This document shows positions 45,504 to 54,409 of a DNA stretch of 55,776 nt, one piece after another. The stretch spans positions 1 through 55,776 of the forward strand of contig JBPCTG010000074.1 of NCBI GenBank assembly GCA_051006395.1. Reading direction: 5' to 3'. This DNA is from Candidatus Limnocylindrus sp. Lineage in GTDB: Bacteria > Chloroflexota > Limnocylindria > Limnocylindrales > Limnocylindraceae. The first letter of the stretch is position 1. The number at the start of each line of letters is the position of its first letter. The notes beneath the pieces were generated by a model. It was not told the DNA's origin, did no database searches, and worked only from the letters and a program-made list of their open reading frames with translations. The position numbers and the translations under genes are program-made.

Positions 45504-46105
45504 CAGGCACGCTCCTTCAGCGCCGCGCGCAGACGATCGGTGAGTGAGGCACCACGGAGCGAGTCGTCACCGTTCACCGTGGCGACCAGGTCGCGTGCCT
45601 CTCGGTTCGGGAAGCCGAGGCTCCGAAGTGCTGCGGCAAGATCGCGATCCTCGTCGCTGCGCGGCGTGTCACCGATGGTTACCCCGACTTGCGCCGCTGC
45701 AGTCTCTCGCGCCATGCGCTCACCGAGCTCCACGACGATACGTGCGGCGAGTCGGCGCCCCACGCCGGAGGCGGTGGCGAGGAGCGCCTCGTCGCCATCC
45801 ACGAGGGCGCGACGAATTCGATCAGCGCCATGGGCGGAGAGGAGGGCGAGCGCAACCTTCGGCCCAACACCGCTCACATCGAGCAGCGTTGCGAAGAGGC
45901 GTTCTTGGTCACGGCTGCGGAATCCAACGAGCTGCTCAGCATCCTCGCGCACGAGGTGATGGAGATACAGCTCGATCGTCGCGCCGTCGCGCGCATCGGC
46001 GATGACCTGCGGCAGGACGCGAATGCGCAGGCCGAGCCCGTCGCGAACGACGACCAGCGCATCCTCTTCGACCCAAGCGATCTCACCAGAGATGAACGCG
46101 TACAT
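45503..46105 (-). CDS. ruvA: Holliday junction DNA helicase subunit RuvA
   Basis: MYAFISGEI... OB fold and HhH motifs (LLDVSGVGPKVALALLS). 1-nt TGATG overlaps at both ends. Confidence 0.92.
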   Translation of the reverse strand: MYAFISGEIAWVEEDALVVVRDGLGLRIRVLPQVIADARDGATIELYLHHLVREDAEQLVGFRSRDQERLFATLLDVSGVGPKVALALLSAHGADRIRRALVDGDEALLATASGVGRRLAARIVVELGERMARETAAAQVGVTIGDTPRSDEDRDLAAALRSLGFPNREARDLVATVNGDDSLRGASLTDRLRAALKERA

Positions 46106-46692
46106 CAGCGACGCTCCGCGCGTAGTGCTGCGCGCACTGCACGGTCGAAGCCACTCTCCGCGGCGATCCCCTGCGAAGACGAGCGATCGGCGCGCGAGGA
46201 GCCAGCGGCGCGTTCGAGGCGAGCAGCGCCACCGCCCCAGATCGCGAGACCCAGCGCGTCAGCCGCGTCGTTTGGCGTCGGCGCGGTCGCGAGGCCGAGG
46301 AGCCGAGTGACGGCGAGCGTCACCGCAGCCTTCGATGCGCGACCGTCACCGGCGACGGCACGCTTCATCTCTGACGGCGTCGCTTCAATCAATGGAAGTG
46401 CGAGGTCTGCCGCCACAAGCATGGTGACGCCGCGCGCGGCACCGATCCCGACCGCCGACTGCACGTTTCCCTGACTGAAGATGCGTTCGACGGCGATGCG
46501 ATCGGGCCGCTGTTCGCGAATGATCGCAACGAGCGCGTTGCGAATCACCGCAAGTCGATCGCCGAGCGCAAGGCTCGGCTCAGTGAGGATCACGCCATGG
46601 GCCTGATGAAGGAGCCGTTCGCCACCGCTCTCGACGACCCCCCAACCAAAGGTGGCCGTCCCGGGGTCGAGGCCCAGGACGCGAAGGCTCAT
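46105..46692 (-). CDS. ruvC: Holliday junction resolvase RuvC
   Basis: VLGLDPGTATFGWGVV, catalytic acidic residues, DAADALGLAI. Confidence 0.92.
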   Translation of the reverse strand: MSLRVLGLDPGTATFGWGVVESGGERLLHQAHGVILTEPSLALGDRLAVIRNALVAIIREQRPDRIAVERIFSQGNVQSAVGIGAARGVTMLVAADLALPLIEATPSEMKRAVAGDGRASKAAVTLAVTRLLGLATAPTPNDAADALGLAIWGGGAARLERAAGSSRADRSSSQGIAAESGFDRAVRAALRAERR

Positions 46693-47429
46693 CGCGTGAG
46701 CTCTGCGAAGACCTCGGGCGGGACCTCGAAGTTCGCGGTGACGCGCTGGACATCGTCGAGATCCTCGAGCGCGTCGATGAGCTTGAGATTCTTCCGCGCA
46801 TCGTCAGCCGATACATCGATCGTGGACTTGGCGACAAGGCTCGCCTCGGCAGACTTCACACTCACGCCGGCCTTCTCGAGTCCCGCGCGCACCTCTTCGA
46901 GCTTCGCCGGCTCGGCGTACACGTAGACGCTTCCGGCATCCTCGTCGACGTCGTCTGCCCCCGCCTCAATCGCCGCCTCGCCGACGGCGGCGAGGGTGCC
47001 GCCGCACTCGATCACGCCGCGATTCTCGAACTGCCACGCAACCGCCCCACTGCTCGCCAGCGAACCTCCGGACTTTGTGAAGAGGCTGCGCACCTCTGAG
47101 GCGGTGCGATTGCGGTTATCGGTCGCGGCCTCAACGAGCACGGCGACGCCACCTGGACCGTATCCTTCATACGAGATCTCTTCATACGCCTCGTTCTGGC
47201 CAAGGCCGGCGGCGCGTTCGATCGCGCGCTTGATGTTGTCGTTTGGCATGTTAAGGCCGCGCCCCTTGTCAACGGCAAGGCGGAGCCGTGGGTTTGCCGC
47301 GGGATCAGCACCGCCGATACGCGCCGCGATCGTGATCTCGCGGGCGACCTTGGTGAACTGGGCGGCGCGCTTCGCGTCGTTCGCCCCCTTCTGGCGCTTG
47401 ATCGTGGACCATTTTGAGTGACCAGACAT
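46689..47429 (-). CDS. yebC: YebC/PmpR family transcriptional regulator
   Basis: MSGHSKWSTIKRQKG from ATG 47429. ATGA overlap with ruvC. Confidence 0.93.
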   Translation of the reverse strand: MSGHSKWSTIKRQKGANDAKRAAQFTKVAREITIAARIGGADPAANPRLRLAVDKGRGLNMPNDNIKRAIERAAGLGQNEAYEEISYEGYGPGGVAVLVEAATDNRNRTASEVRSLFTKSGGSLASSGAVAWQFENRGVIECGGTLAAVGEAAIEAGADDVDEDAGSVYVYAEPAKLEEVRAGLEKAGVSVKSAEASLVAKSTIDVSADDARKNLKLIDALEDLDDVQRVTANFEVPPEVFAELTR

Positions 47430-47435
47430 GCGTGG

Positions 47436-47441
47436 AGTATA
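47436..47441 (-). promoter_or_regulatory. Candidate -10 hexamer TATACT for a leaderless yebC-ruvCAB transcript
   Basis: The minus strand reads TATACT-ccacgc-ATG. This differs from the asd arrangement (TATACT-ccccgc-ATG) at only one spacer base, and there is no Shine-Dalgarno. Confidence 0.4.
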
Positions 47442-47496
47442 GGCGAGCGGCACGCCCCAACGGAGCGAGGTCAGGTGCGGCCAAGGTGCGCTCGGG

Positions 47497-48804
47497 CTAC
47501 CGAGCGCGGAGGATGCGATGTTCGCGGCGCCCCTTGCGGATCAACAGTGACCCATCGGCGAGGGGGGCGAAGGTTGCGATCGAAGCAGTGGCGTCCGTGG
47601 CGGGGCTCCCGTTGACGCTGATCCCCCCTTGGTCAATGAGGCGGCGCGCCTCACCCTTCGAGGTGGCGAGTCCGGCCGCGATGACCGCGTCAACGAGCGT
47701 CGCCTCGGCAGCCTGTGGCACGACGCCCCCCTCCAGCTCTGCGGCCAGGGTTGCAAGCGTTGCGGCGCTGAGCGAGCGCGGGTCGCGAGCACCGCCGCCA
47801 GGAACGCCGAAGAGCGTCTCGGCAACTTCGGCGGCACGCGCCTCCTCGTCGGCTCCGTGGACCATTGCCGTCAGTCGCGACGCCAGGTGGCGCTGGGCAA
47901 CCCGCGCCGATGGGTTCGCCTCATGCGCTGCGAGCAGCGTGGTGATTTCAGCCACCGGGTCCAACGTGAAGCGCAGGAGCAGCTCGCCAACCTGTGCGTC
48001 CTCCTGGTCGATCCAGAACTGACGGAAGGCAAATGGGCTCGTGCGCTTCGGGTCGAGCCATACTGCCCCCTCGGCGGTCTTGCCAAACTTTGCGCCGCTC
48101 TTGGCAACCAGGAGCGGATAGCAGAGGCCAAAGGCGAGCGACCCAGCTTCGCCCCCATCGCCCTCAACCCTTCGAATCAGCTCCGTGCCGGCGGTGATGT
48201 TCCCCCACTGGTCGCTCCCGCCCATCTGCAGCTCGACGCCATGAAGACGGCGCAGCATCAGGAAGTCGTAGCTCTGCAACAGCATGTAACTGAACTCGGT
48301 AAAGGAGAGTCCTGCCTCAAGTCGGCTCTTCACCGAATCCTTCGCGAGCATGTATCCGACGGTGAGGTGCTTCCCAGTATCGCGCAAGAAGTCGATCAGG
48401 CCGACCTCGCCGAGCCACTCAAGGTTGTCGAGGAGGAGCGCACCTTTTGCGCCCGAGAAATCGAGAAGTCGTGCGAGCTGGCCGCCGATCGCCGCGCGAT
48501 TCGCATCGAGCGTGGGGCGATCGAGTAGATTCCGTTCGGCAGAGCGACCAGATGGATCGCCGATCATGCCAGTTCCGCCGCCGACGAGTGCGACGGGGCG
48601 CCCGCCGGCAAGTTGCAGTCGTCGAAGTGCAAGGACACCCATGAGATGACCGACGTGGAGCGAGTCGGCGCTCGGATCAAACCCGATGTAGCCGCCGATC
48701 GAAGCGTCGGCGGCAACTCGCTCGTCAAGCCCCGCCGTCACCTCATGGATGAGGCCGCGTGCTGCGAAGTCGCGAAGGAGCTCAGAGCGCGGTGAGGTCG
48801 CCAC
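47497..48804 (-). CDS. tyrS: Tyrosyl-tRNA synthetase
   Basis: HIGH-type HVGHL, KMSKS-type KFGKT, S4-like C-terminus. GTG start at 48804. Confidence 0.94.
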   Translation of the reverse strand: MATSPRSELLRDFAARGLIHEVTAGLDERVAADASIGGYIGFDPSADSLHVGHLMGVLALRRLQLAGGRPVALVGGGTGMIGDPSGRSAERNLLDRPTLDANRAAIGGQLARLLDFSGAKGALLLDNLEWLGEVGLIDFLRDTGKHLTVGYMLAKDSVKSRLEAGLSFTEFSYMLLQSYDFLMLRRLHGVELQMGGSDQWGNITAGTELIRRVEGDGGEAGSLAFGLCYPLLVAKSGAKFGKTAEGAVWLDPKRTSPFAFRQFWIDQEDAQVGELLLRFTLDPVAEITTLLAAHEANPSARVAQRHLASRLTAMVHGADEEARAAEVAETLFGVPGGGARDPRSLSAATLATLAAELEGGVVPQAAEATLVDAVIAAGLATSKGEARRLIDQGGISVNGSPATDATASIATFAPLADGSLLIRKGRREHRILRAR

Positions 48805-48810
48805 GTGCTC

Positions 48811-48820
48811 ATGCTACCCT
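48811..48820. promoter_or_regulatory. Candidate back-to-back -10 hexamers for leaderless tyrS (minus) and PBP (plus) transcripts
   Basis: The 23-nt intergenic sequence is CAC-gtgctc-ATGCTACCCT-cactgcg-ATG. TACCCT (48815-48820) lies 7 nt before ATG 48828. TAGCAT (reverse complement of 48811-48816) lies 6 nt before GTG 48804. Confidence 0.35.
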
Positions 48821-48827
48821 CACTGCG

Positions 48828-51503
48828 ATGAGCACGGTCGCTCCGCACCGCCCCGACGACACCGCCCGCAGGCGCCGCAACCCCTCTGGGGGTCTCATCA
48901 CCCTCCTCCCCGTGGCCCTACTCCTCTCCTGCCTCCTCTTCGCCGCGATCGCCTATGTGGGGGTCGGAGCGATCTACGAGAAGGTGATCAGCGACCTTCC
49001 GAGCCCGAGCGACCTCGACACGATCATCCTCGGCGAGAACTCGGGGGTCTTTGACCGAACGGGCACCGTGAAACTCGCCGAGTTTGGCTCCGACCGACGC
49101 GAGAACGCGTCCTTCGAGGAGATCCCCTAGATCGTCATCGACACCACCACAGCGATCGAAGATAAGACCTTCTGGCAGAACTCCGGATTCGACCCGCTCG
49201 GCTTTGTCGCAGCGGCGCTCGACACCCTGCGCGGGTCAGGTCGTGGCGGCTCGACGATCACCCAGCAGCTCGTCCGTGGCGTACTCCTTCCTGCCGATGC
49301 CTTCAAGGGGAGCATCTACGAACGCAAGATCAAGGAGATCATCCAGGCGATCCGCCTGACGAAAGAGTTCCCTGGTCGCGCCGGAAAAGAGAAGGTCATG
49401 ACGACCTACTTGAACAACAACTACTACGGATCGCGCGCCTACGGAATTCGTGCTGCAGCCGAACAGTACTTTGGGATCACCGATCTCTCGCTGTTGACCC
49501 TCGGCCAAGCGGCGCTCCTCGCTGGCATCCCGCAAGCGCCAAGCACCTACGATCTGCGCGCGAACGCGATCACCTGCCCGGCGGTCCCCGACGCCTGCAC
49601 AGGCATCGCCGATGGGGTGCTCGTCGTGCCGCTCGACACCCCGGTTGCGAAGCGACGCATTGACGTGTTGAATCTTCTCAAGGCGACGCGAGACTCGGGG
49701 ATCCCCCAAGAGACAGAAACGATTGAAGATGCTGCACTTGAGGCGGCAAAGAGCGAGACGATCACGCTCGTTGCGGCGCCGCTGTTGAAGATGAACGCGC
49801 CGCACTTTGTGAATCGCGTCCGTGACTTCGCAAGCGAGATCCTCTGCCCGCCCGAAGATTCGTTCTGCACGCGCCTCGACACGGATGGCTACCGAATCGT
49901 CACCACCCTCGACTGGACCATGCAGCAGGCGGCGGACAAGTGGGCGGCGGCGGTACTTGCCGCCGACATGAAGGACCCGGCCCCCTACCTTGCAGCACTC
50001 GGCGTGCCAAAGGTCGACTGGATCGCCAAGATCAAGAAGACGAATCTGCATAACGCCGCGATTGCAACGCTCGACGCGCGCACGGGAGACGTGCTCGCGT
50101 ACACGGGGTCTGCCGACTATTACGCCACCTCGAGCTCGCCCGCCTTCCAGCCGCAGTTCGACGTGCTGAACGCCTACCGGCAACCCGGGTCTGCCATCAA
50201 GCCGCTCGTCTACGCCTACGCGCTCCAAGAACGCGCCATCACCGCCTCAACGCTCTTTATGGATGTGCCGGTCGACTTTGGCGAAGGGTGGACACCCGCC
50301 GACTGGGACAACGTCGAGCGCGGTCCGGTCGTTGCGCGCAAGGCGCTCCAAGGATCGCTCAACATCCCTGCGGTGAAGACGGCGATCCGCACCGGCGCAG
50401 ACCGGATATTCCGCTGGCTGAAGGACGGCGCGTTCACCCTTCCAGAAGATACGAATATCCACGGCGCTGCCCTCGCGATCGGCACGATGGACGTTCGCTA
50501 CGCCGACCTCCTCTCCGCCTACGGCGGACTTGCGAACGGCGGCAACCTTGTTGCTCGACGCTACATCCTTGAGATCCAGGATCGCTACGGCAACAGCGTC
50601 TGGAAAGCAGCCGACCCTGCGAGCACGCTCAAGACGATGCTCACATCAGATGCCGATGGTCTGATCACCGACATCATTGCGGGGAACACCGACGCCTCGC
50701 AGAATCCCGTCTGGGCTCAGCGCAAACTCATCGCGGCGAACGGTAAGCGTCGGCCGGCAACGTTCAAGACGGGGACCACCGATAACTCCAAGGATCTCGC
50801 CGCCTTCGGCTATCTCGCACCACCGAAGAACTCCAACGCTCCCCTCTTGGTGACCGGCGTCTGGACTGGCAACTCCGACGCAACGCCGACCACCGCTTCG
50901 TCGCTCTCTGCCGCGGGCGGCGTCTGGCAGTCGTACTTCTCGGAGATCTCGGCATCGATGCCGATCGCATCATTCGAGCTGCCAGGGACGCTGCAGGCGG
51001 TCGTCATCGATGCGCAGAGCGGAGAGCTTCCGGGCGACTGCACGAAGTTCACGACCACGGAGTACTACATCCCAGGGACGGCACCAACCACCGCGTGCAG
51101 CCTCTTCCGTTCGGTCACGGTCGACGCGGTGAGTGGTCTCCTGTGGGGGAACGGCTGCAGCGGCACGCCGATCCAACGCGACGTCATCGATCTCGGCCTC
51201 GCCGAGCGCGACTGGCCAACCTGGCAGGCGGCAAACCTTGAGTGGGCTGAACGCGCACGACAGGGCGTCGGCATCGTCGGCGGTGCTCGCGAAGGGAAGA
51301 CCGACTACTTCTACGCATCGTACTGGCGCCCATTTGGCGAGTCGTGGGGCGGCGCGATCGCTCCGACGACCTACTGCGGTTCTGGCGCCCCGACCCCAAC
51401 ACCATCAATCTCGCCGACTCCAACGCCGAGCGGCTCGCCCAGCGACGTACCGACCGAAACGCCAACAGGCGCTCCAACCGAAACGCCTACAACGACGCCG
51501 TAG
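48828..51503 (+). pseudogene. Class A penicillin-binding protein (GT51 transglycosylase plus transpeptidase) interrupted by one in-frame TAG at 49128-49130
   Basis: N-terminal TM anchor. After the TAG, the same frame continues with GT51 motifs AIEDKTFWQNSGFD, GGSTITQQL and RKIKE. Transpeptidase motifs are SAIK (SxxK), SLN and KTGT, followed by a Pro/Thr-rich tail. The ORF track splits the gene into 48759-49130 and 49398-51503, both in the same frame. Confidence 0.8.
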
Positions 51504-51519
51504 CGCCTCGGCGGCGCTA
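51501..51519. terminator. Palindromic hairpin formed by the two convergent stop codons (PBP and mutS2)
   Basis: TAGCGCC-tcggc-GGCGCTA: a perfect 7-bp stem. TAG 51501-51503 ends the PBP gene, and the reverse complement of CTA 51517-51519 is the mutS2 TAG. No T-tracts. Confidence 0.3.
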
Positions 51520-53850
51520 AAGGATGGCGATCGTCACGCCATCACGACCCGGCGCATCGGCATCGCGCACTTCGCGCACCTCGTTCAACTCACGTAGTCG
51601 GCGCCGTACCGCGTCACGGAGCGCCCCTGTGCCAACTCCGTGAATGATCTCCAGGCGATCACCACCAGCCAAAAGCACGGCATCGATTCGCGCCTCAAGG
51701 GCGAGGAGCGCATCTTCAACACGCGCCCCGCGCAGGTCAAGCCGCGCCGTTGCGCCAGGCGGTGGCAACGGACGTGAAGTGAGCACTGGAGAGGCAGGCG
51801 CGCGGCCGACGATCGCAACGATTTCGGCGTAGTCAACCTCGGCACGTAGCCCGCCGAAGGCGATGGTGCAACGCTGACGTGCAGGGTCGAGTGCAACGAT
51901 CTCGCCGCGAGAGCCGCCCCGCGACTCAACAAGATCCCCGACGTGTGCCACCTTCATGTCGGCGCTGGCGGCCACTTCCGCCGACGCTCCAGGTGATGCT
52001 GCGCTACGTAGTTCATCTCGCAACGTTTCCTCGGCGTCTACCAGCTGCGGGGTGACCGAGCCCGACGCGAGCGCCGCACGCAATGCGTCCGCCTTTACGA
52101 GGAGGGACTGCGCGTATGCAGTCGCGCGTTCAGTTGCCGTCTTGCGTGCGGCGGCAAGTTCACGCTCCGCCTCGCGCTTCGTTTGGACGGCGGCGCGAAG
52201 CGCCTCGTCGGCGCGCTCTTGTAGGCGTTCAGCGATGGAACGTGCCTCGTCGGCGCCAATGCGCGCCGTCGCAGCCGCAGCGAGCGACGCGTCTAGGGCG
52301 GCGCCCTGGTCGCTCCTGCGACGTTGGGCCGCCTCGAGCAGCGGCGCGGGGAGGCCGAGCTTCTGGGCAATCGCGAAGGCCTGCGATCCTCCTGGCGCCC
52401 CAACCGTAAGACGATAGGTGGGTCGAAGCGTCGCAAGATCAAACTCCACAGCACCGTTTTGCACCCCCTCGGTGACGTGGGCGTACTGCTTCAGTTCGGC
52501 GTAGTGACTCGTCGCGAGAAGGCGCACGCCACGAAGGCGGAAGTCGTCGATGATCGCGGCGGCAAGCGCCGCCCCTTCGGCCGGATCAGTCCCCGCCCCC
52601 GCCTCGTCGAGCAGCACGAGGTCGCCAGGCGCCGCAGCGGCATGGATCCGCAAGATCGAGGTGAGGTGGCCAGAGAAGGTGGAGAGACTTTGCGCGATCG
52701 ACTGGTCGTCACCGATGTCGGCCCAGACGCCGCCGGTCGGTGGGATCGCCGAACCCTCCCCCGCGGGAATCGGCAGCCCCACAGCGTGCATTGCGGTGAG
52801 GAGTCCGACCGTCTTCAGGGCTACGGTCTTTCCCCCGGTGTTTGGCCCCGTAATGAGGAGCACACGTTGCGTAGCATCGAGGCGCAGATCGATCGGCACG
52901 GGATCGCCGACCAAGAGCGGATGGCGTGCCGTGCGTAGCTCGAGGCGTCCATCGCTTGCCGTCTCGGCGAACTCCCATCCGCGCGCTGCGGCAACGTCAG
53001 CGATCGCGCGCACGAGATCCACTTCGGTCAGCAGCTCGAGATCGCGGCGCAGCGCCACCTCCTCACGGGCGACAATCGCGCTCAGCGCGCTGAGGACGCG
53101 CGCCTCCTCAGCGCTCACCGCCGCCTCCGCCTCGCGCAGGGCGTTCCCCAGCTCCACCACCTCGAGTGGCTCGATCCAGATCGTCTGTCCGGTGGCGCTC
53201 GTGTCGTGCACGATCCCCGCCACCTTCGACTTCGCTTCGGCGCGCACCGGCAGCACGTAACGACCATTGCGCAGGGTGACGATCGCCTCCTGCAGATGTG
53301 GGGCGTAGGCCTTTGCATGGGCGAGCCCCTCGAGGCGCGCCCTCAGGCGTTCGAGTGCGCTGCGTCGATGAGCGCGCAGCCCGCCGAGGAGCGGCGAGGC
53401 GGAGTCGTTCAGCGTTCCGTCAGAACCTACCGCGCGCTCCAACTGCGAGCGGAGGCCACGCAACGGGGCGAGCTCCGTCGCAACCGCGGCGAGGAGCGGC
53501 CCGCCACGCGTGAGCTCTCCCTGCAGGCGATCGACGACGCGCAGCGTCTCGGTGATCGCAAAGAGGCTTCCGCCATCGAGTGCCCCGCCTTTTGCAATAC
53601 GGTCAAGGCCGGGGCGAAGGTCAGCGGCACCACCGATGTGCGGATCGGCCCCATCACGGCGCAGCGCAGAGAGTTCGATCGTGCGACCACGACGCGTCTG
53701 CGCAGCCGGATCTGGCGTCGCAGGAGAGAGCGCCTGAGCCGCCTCGCGCGACGGAGCGAAGGCGCAGTGCGCAGCAACGATTGCCGTCACCGCCGGCCAC
53801 TCAAGGCGCTGCAGTGAGCCGCTGTCGAAGGGGCGCGACGCGGTGTTCAC
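51517..53850 (-). CDS. mutS2: Endonuclease MutS2 (MutS domains plus C-terminal Smr)
   Basis: Walker A GPNTGGKTVALKT, and LLDEAGAGTDP. Smr domain LDLRGARVEDAL...IIHGVGTGALR. GTG 53850 lies 10 nt after the cvpA stop. The longest ORF to 54009 overlaps cvpA. Confidence 0.9.
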   Translation of the reverse strand: MNTASRPFDSGSLQRLEWPAVTAIVAAHCAFAPSREAAQALSPATPDPAAQTRRGRTIELSALRRDGADPHIGGAADLRPGLDRIAKGGALDGGSLFAITETLRVVDRLQGELTRGGPLLAAVATELAPLRGLRSQLERAVGSDGTLNDSASPLLGGLRAHRRSALERLRARLEGLAHAKAYAPHLQEAIVTLRNGRYVLPVRAEAKSKVAGIVHDTSATGQTIWIEPLEVVELGNALREAEAAVSAEEARVLSALSAIVAREEVALRRDLELLTEVDLVRAIADVAAARGWEFAETASDGRLELRTARHPLLVGDPVPIDLRLDATQRVLLITGPNTGGKTVALKTVGLLTAMHAVGLPIPAGEGSAIPPTGGVWADIGDDQSIAQSLSTFSGHLTSILRIHAAAAPGDLVLLDEAGAGTDPAEGAALAAAIIDDFRLRGVRLLATSHYAELKQYAHVTEGVQNGAVEFDLATLRPTYRLTVGAPGGSQAFAIAQKLGLPAPLLEAAQRRRSDQGAALDASLAAAATARIGADEARSIAERLQERADEALRAAVQTKREAERELAAARKTATERATAYAQSLLVKADALRAALASGSVTPQLVDAEETLRDELRSAASPGASAEVAASADMKVAHVGDLVESRGGSRGEIVALDPARQRCTIAFGGLRAEVDYAEIVAIVGRAPASPVLTSRPLPPPGATARLDLRGARVEDALLALEARIDAVLLAGGDRLEIIHGVGTGALRDAVRRRLRELNEVREVRDADAPGRDGVTIAIL

Positions 53851-53860
53851 AGCCAGATGC

Positions 53861-54409
53861 TCACGGCGAAAGGAGCGCGCGGAGCGCGTCGGGGAGCCAG
53901 CCACCGATAAGTGTGCCAATTGCTGGGAAGAGCTCTGCGCGAACCAGCGATGCGGCCGTTGATCCGCTGATCGCGTCAACGAGGGTGGTGAGCCCCCCCG
54001 ACGTGCCACCGAATGAGCGAGCTGCGTCGGAGATAAAGACGAGACCGCCCACGATTAGGATCCCTTGCACAAGGCCGACGAGCGCACCGACCAGCGAGTC
54101 GAGGCCGCCGAGGCGAACGAAGCGAAACAGGGCGCGGAGCGTTGTTCCAAGGATCAGGGATCCAAGCCAGATGATCAGCCACGTGCCACCGACGACAACA
54201 ACGGCGCCGATAAGGAGCGGGTCGACGGCCGGCAGCGCCGTCGAGATCAGCGCGGTGAGCGGGGCGCGACCGACCGCGGCGAGGTAGAGGCCAAGGAGCG
54301 CTGAAGCGACTCCGACGAGGGTGCGCACCGCGCCGACGCGCCAACCGTTCCAAGCAATGATCGCGAGAAGTGCGAGCGCTCCCAGGTCGACGATCAGGCT
54401 CGCGCTCAT
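53861..54409 (-). CDS. cvpA: CvpA family membrane protein
   Basis: 182 aa with 4 hydrophobic helices (IVDLGALALLAIIAWNGWRVG...). ATGA overlap with pheT, in the usual position upstream of mutS2. Confidence 0.8.
   Translation of the reverse strand: MSASLIVDLGALALLAIIAWNGWRVGAVRTLVGVASALLGLYLAAVGRAPLTALISTALPAVDPLLIGAVVVVGGTWLIIWLGSLILGTTLRALFRFVRLGGLDSLVGALVGLVQGILIVGGLVFISDAARSFGGTSGGLTTLVDAISGSTAASLVRAELFPAIGTLIGGWLPDALRALLSP

Noticed and set aside
48805-48827. T-box riboswitch or other leader upstream of tyrS
   Set aside because: Only 23 bp separate the tyrS start from the divergent PBP start. No specifier or terminator structures are possible in that space.
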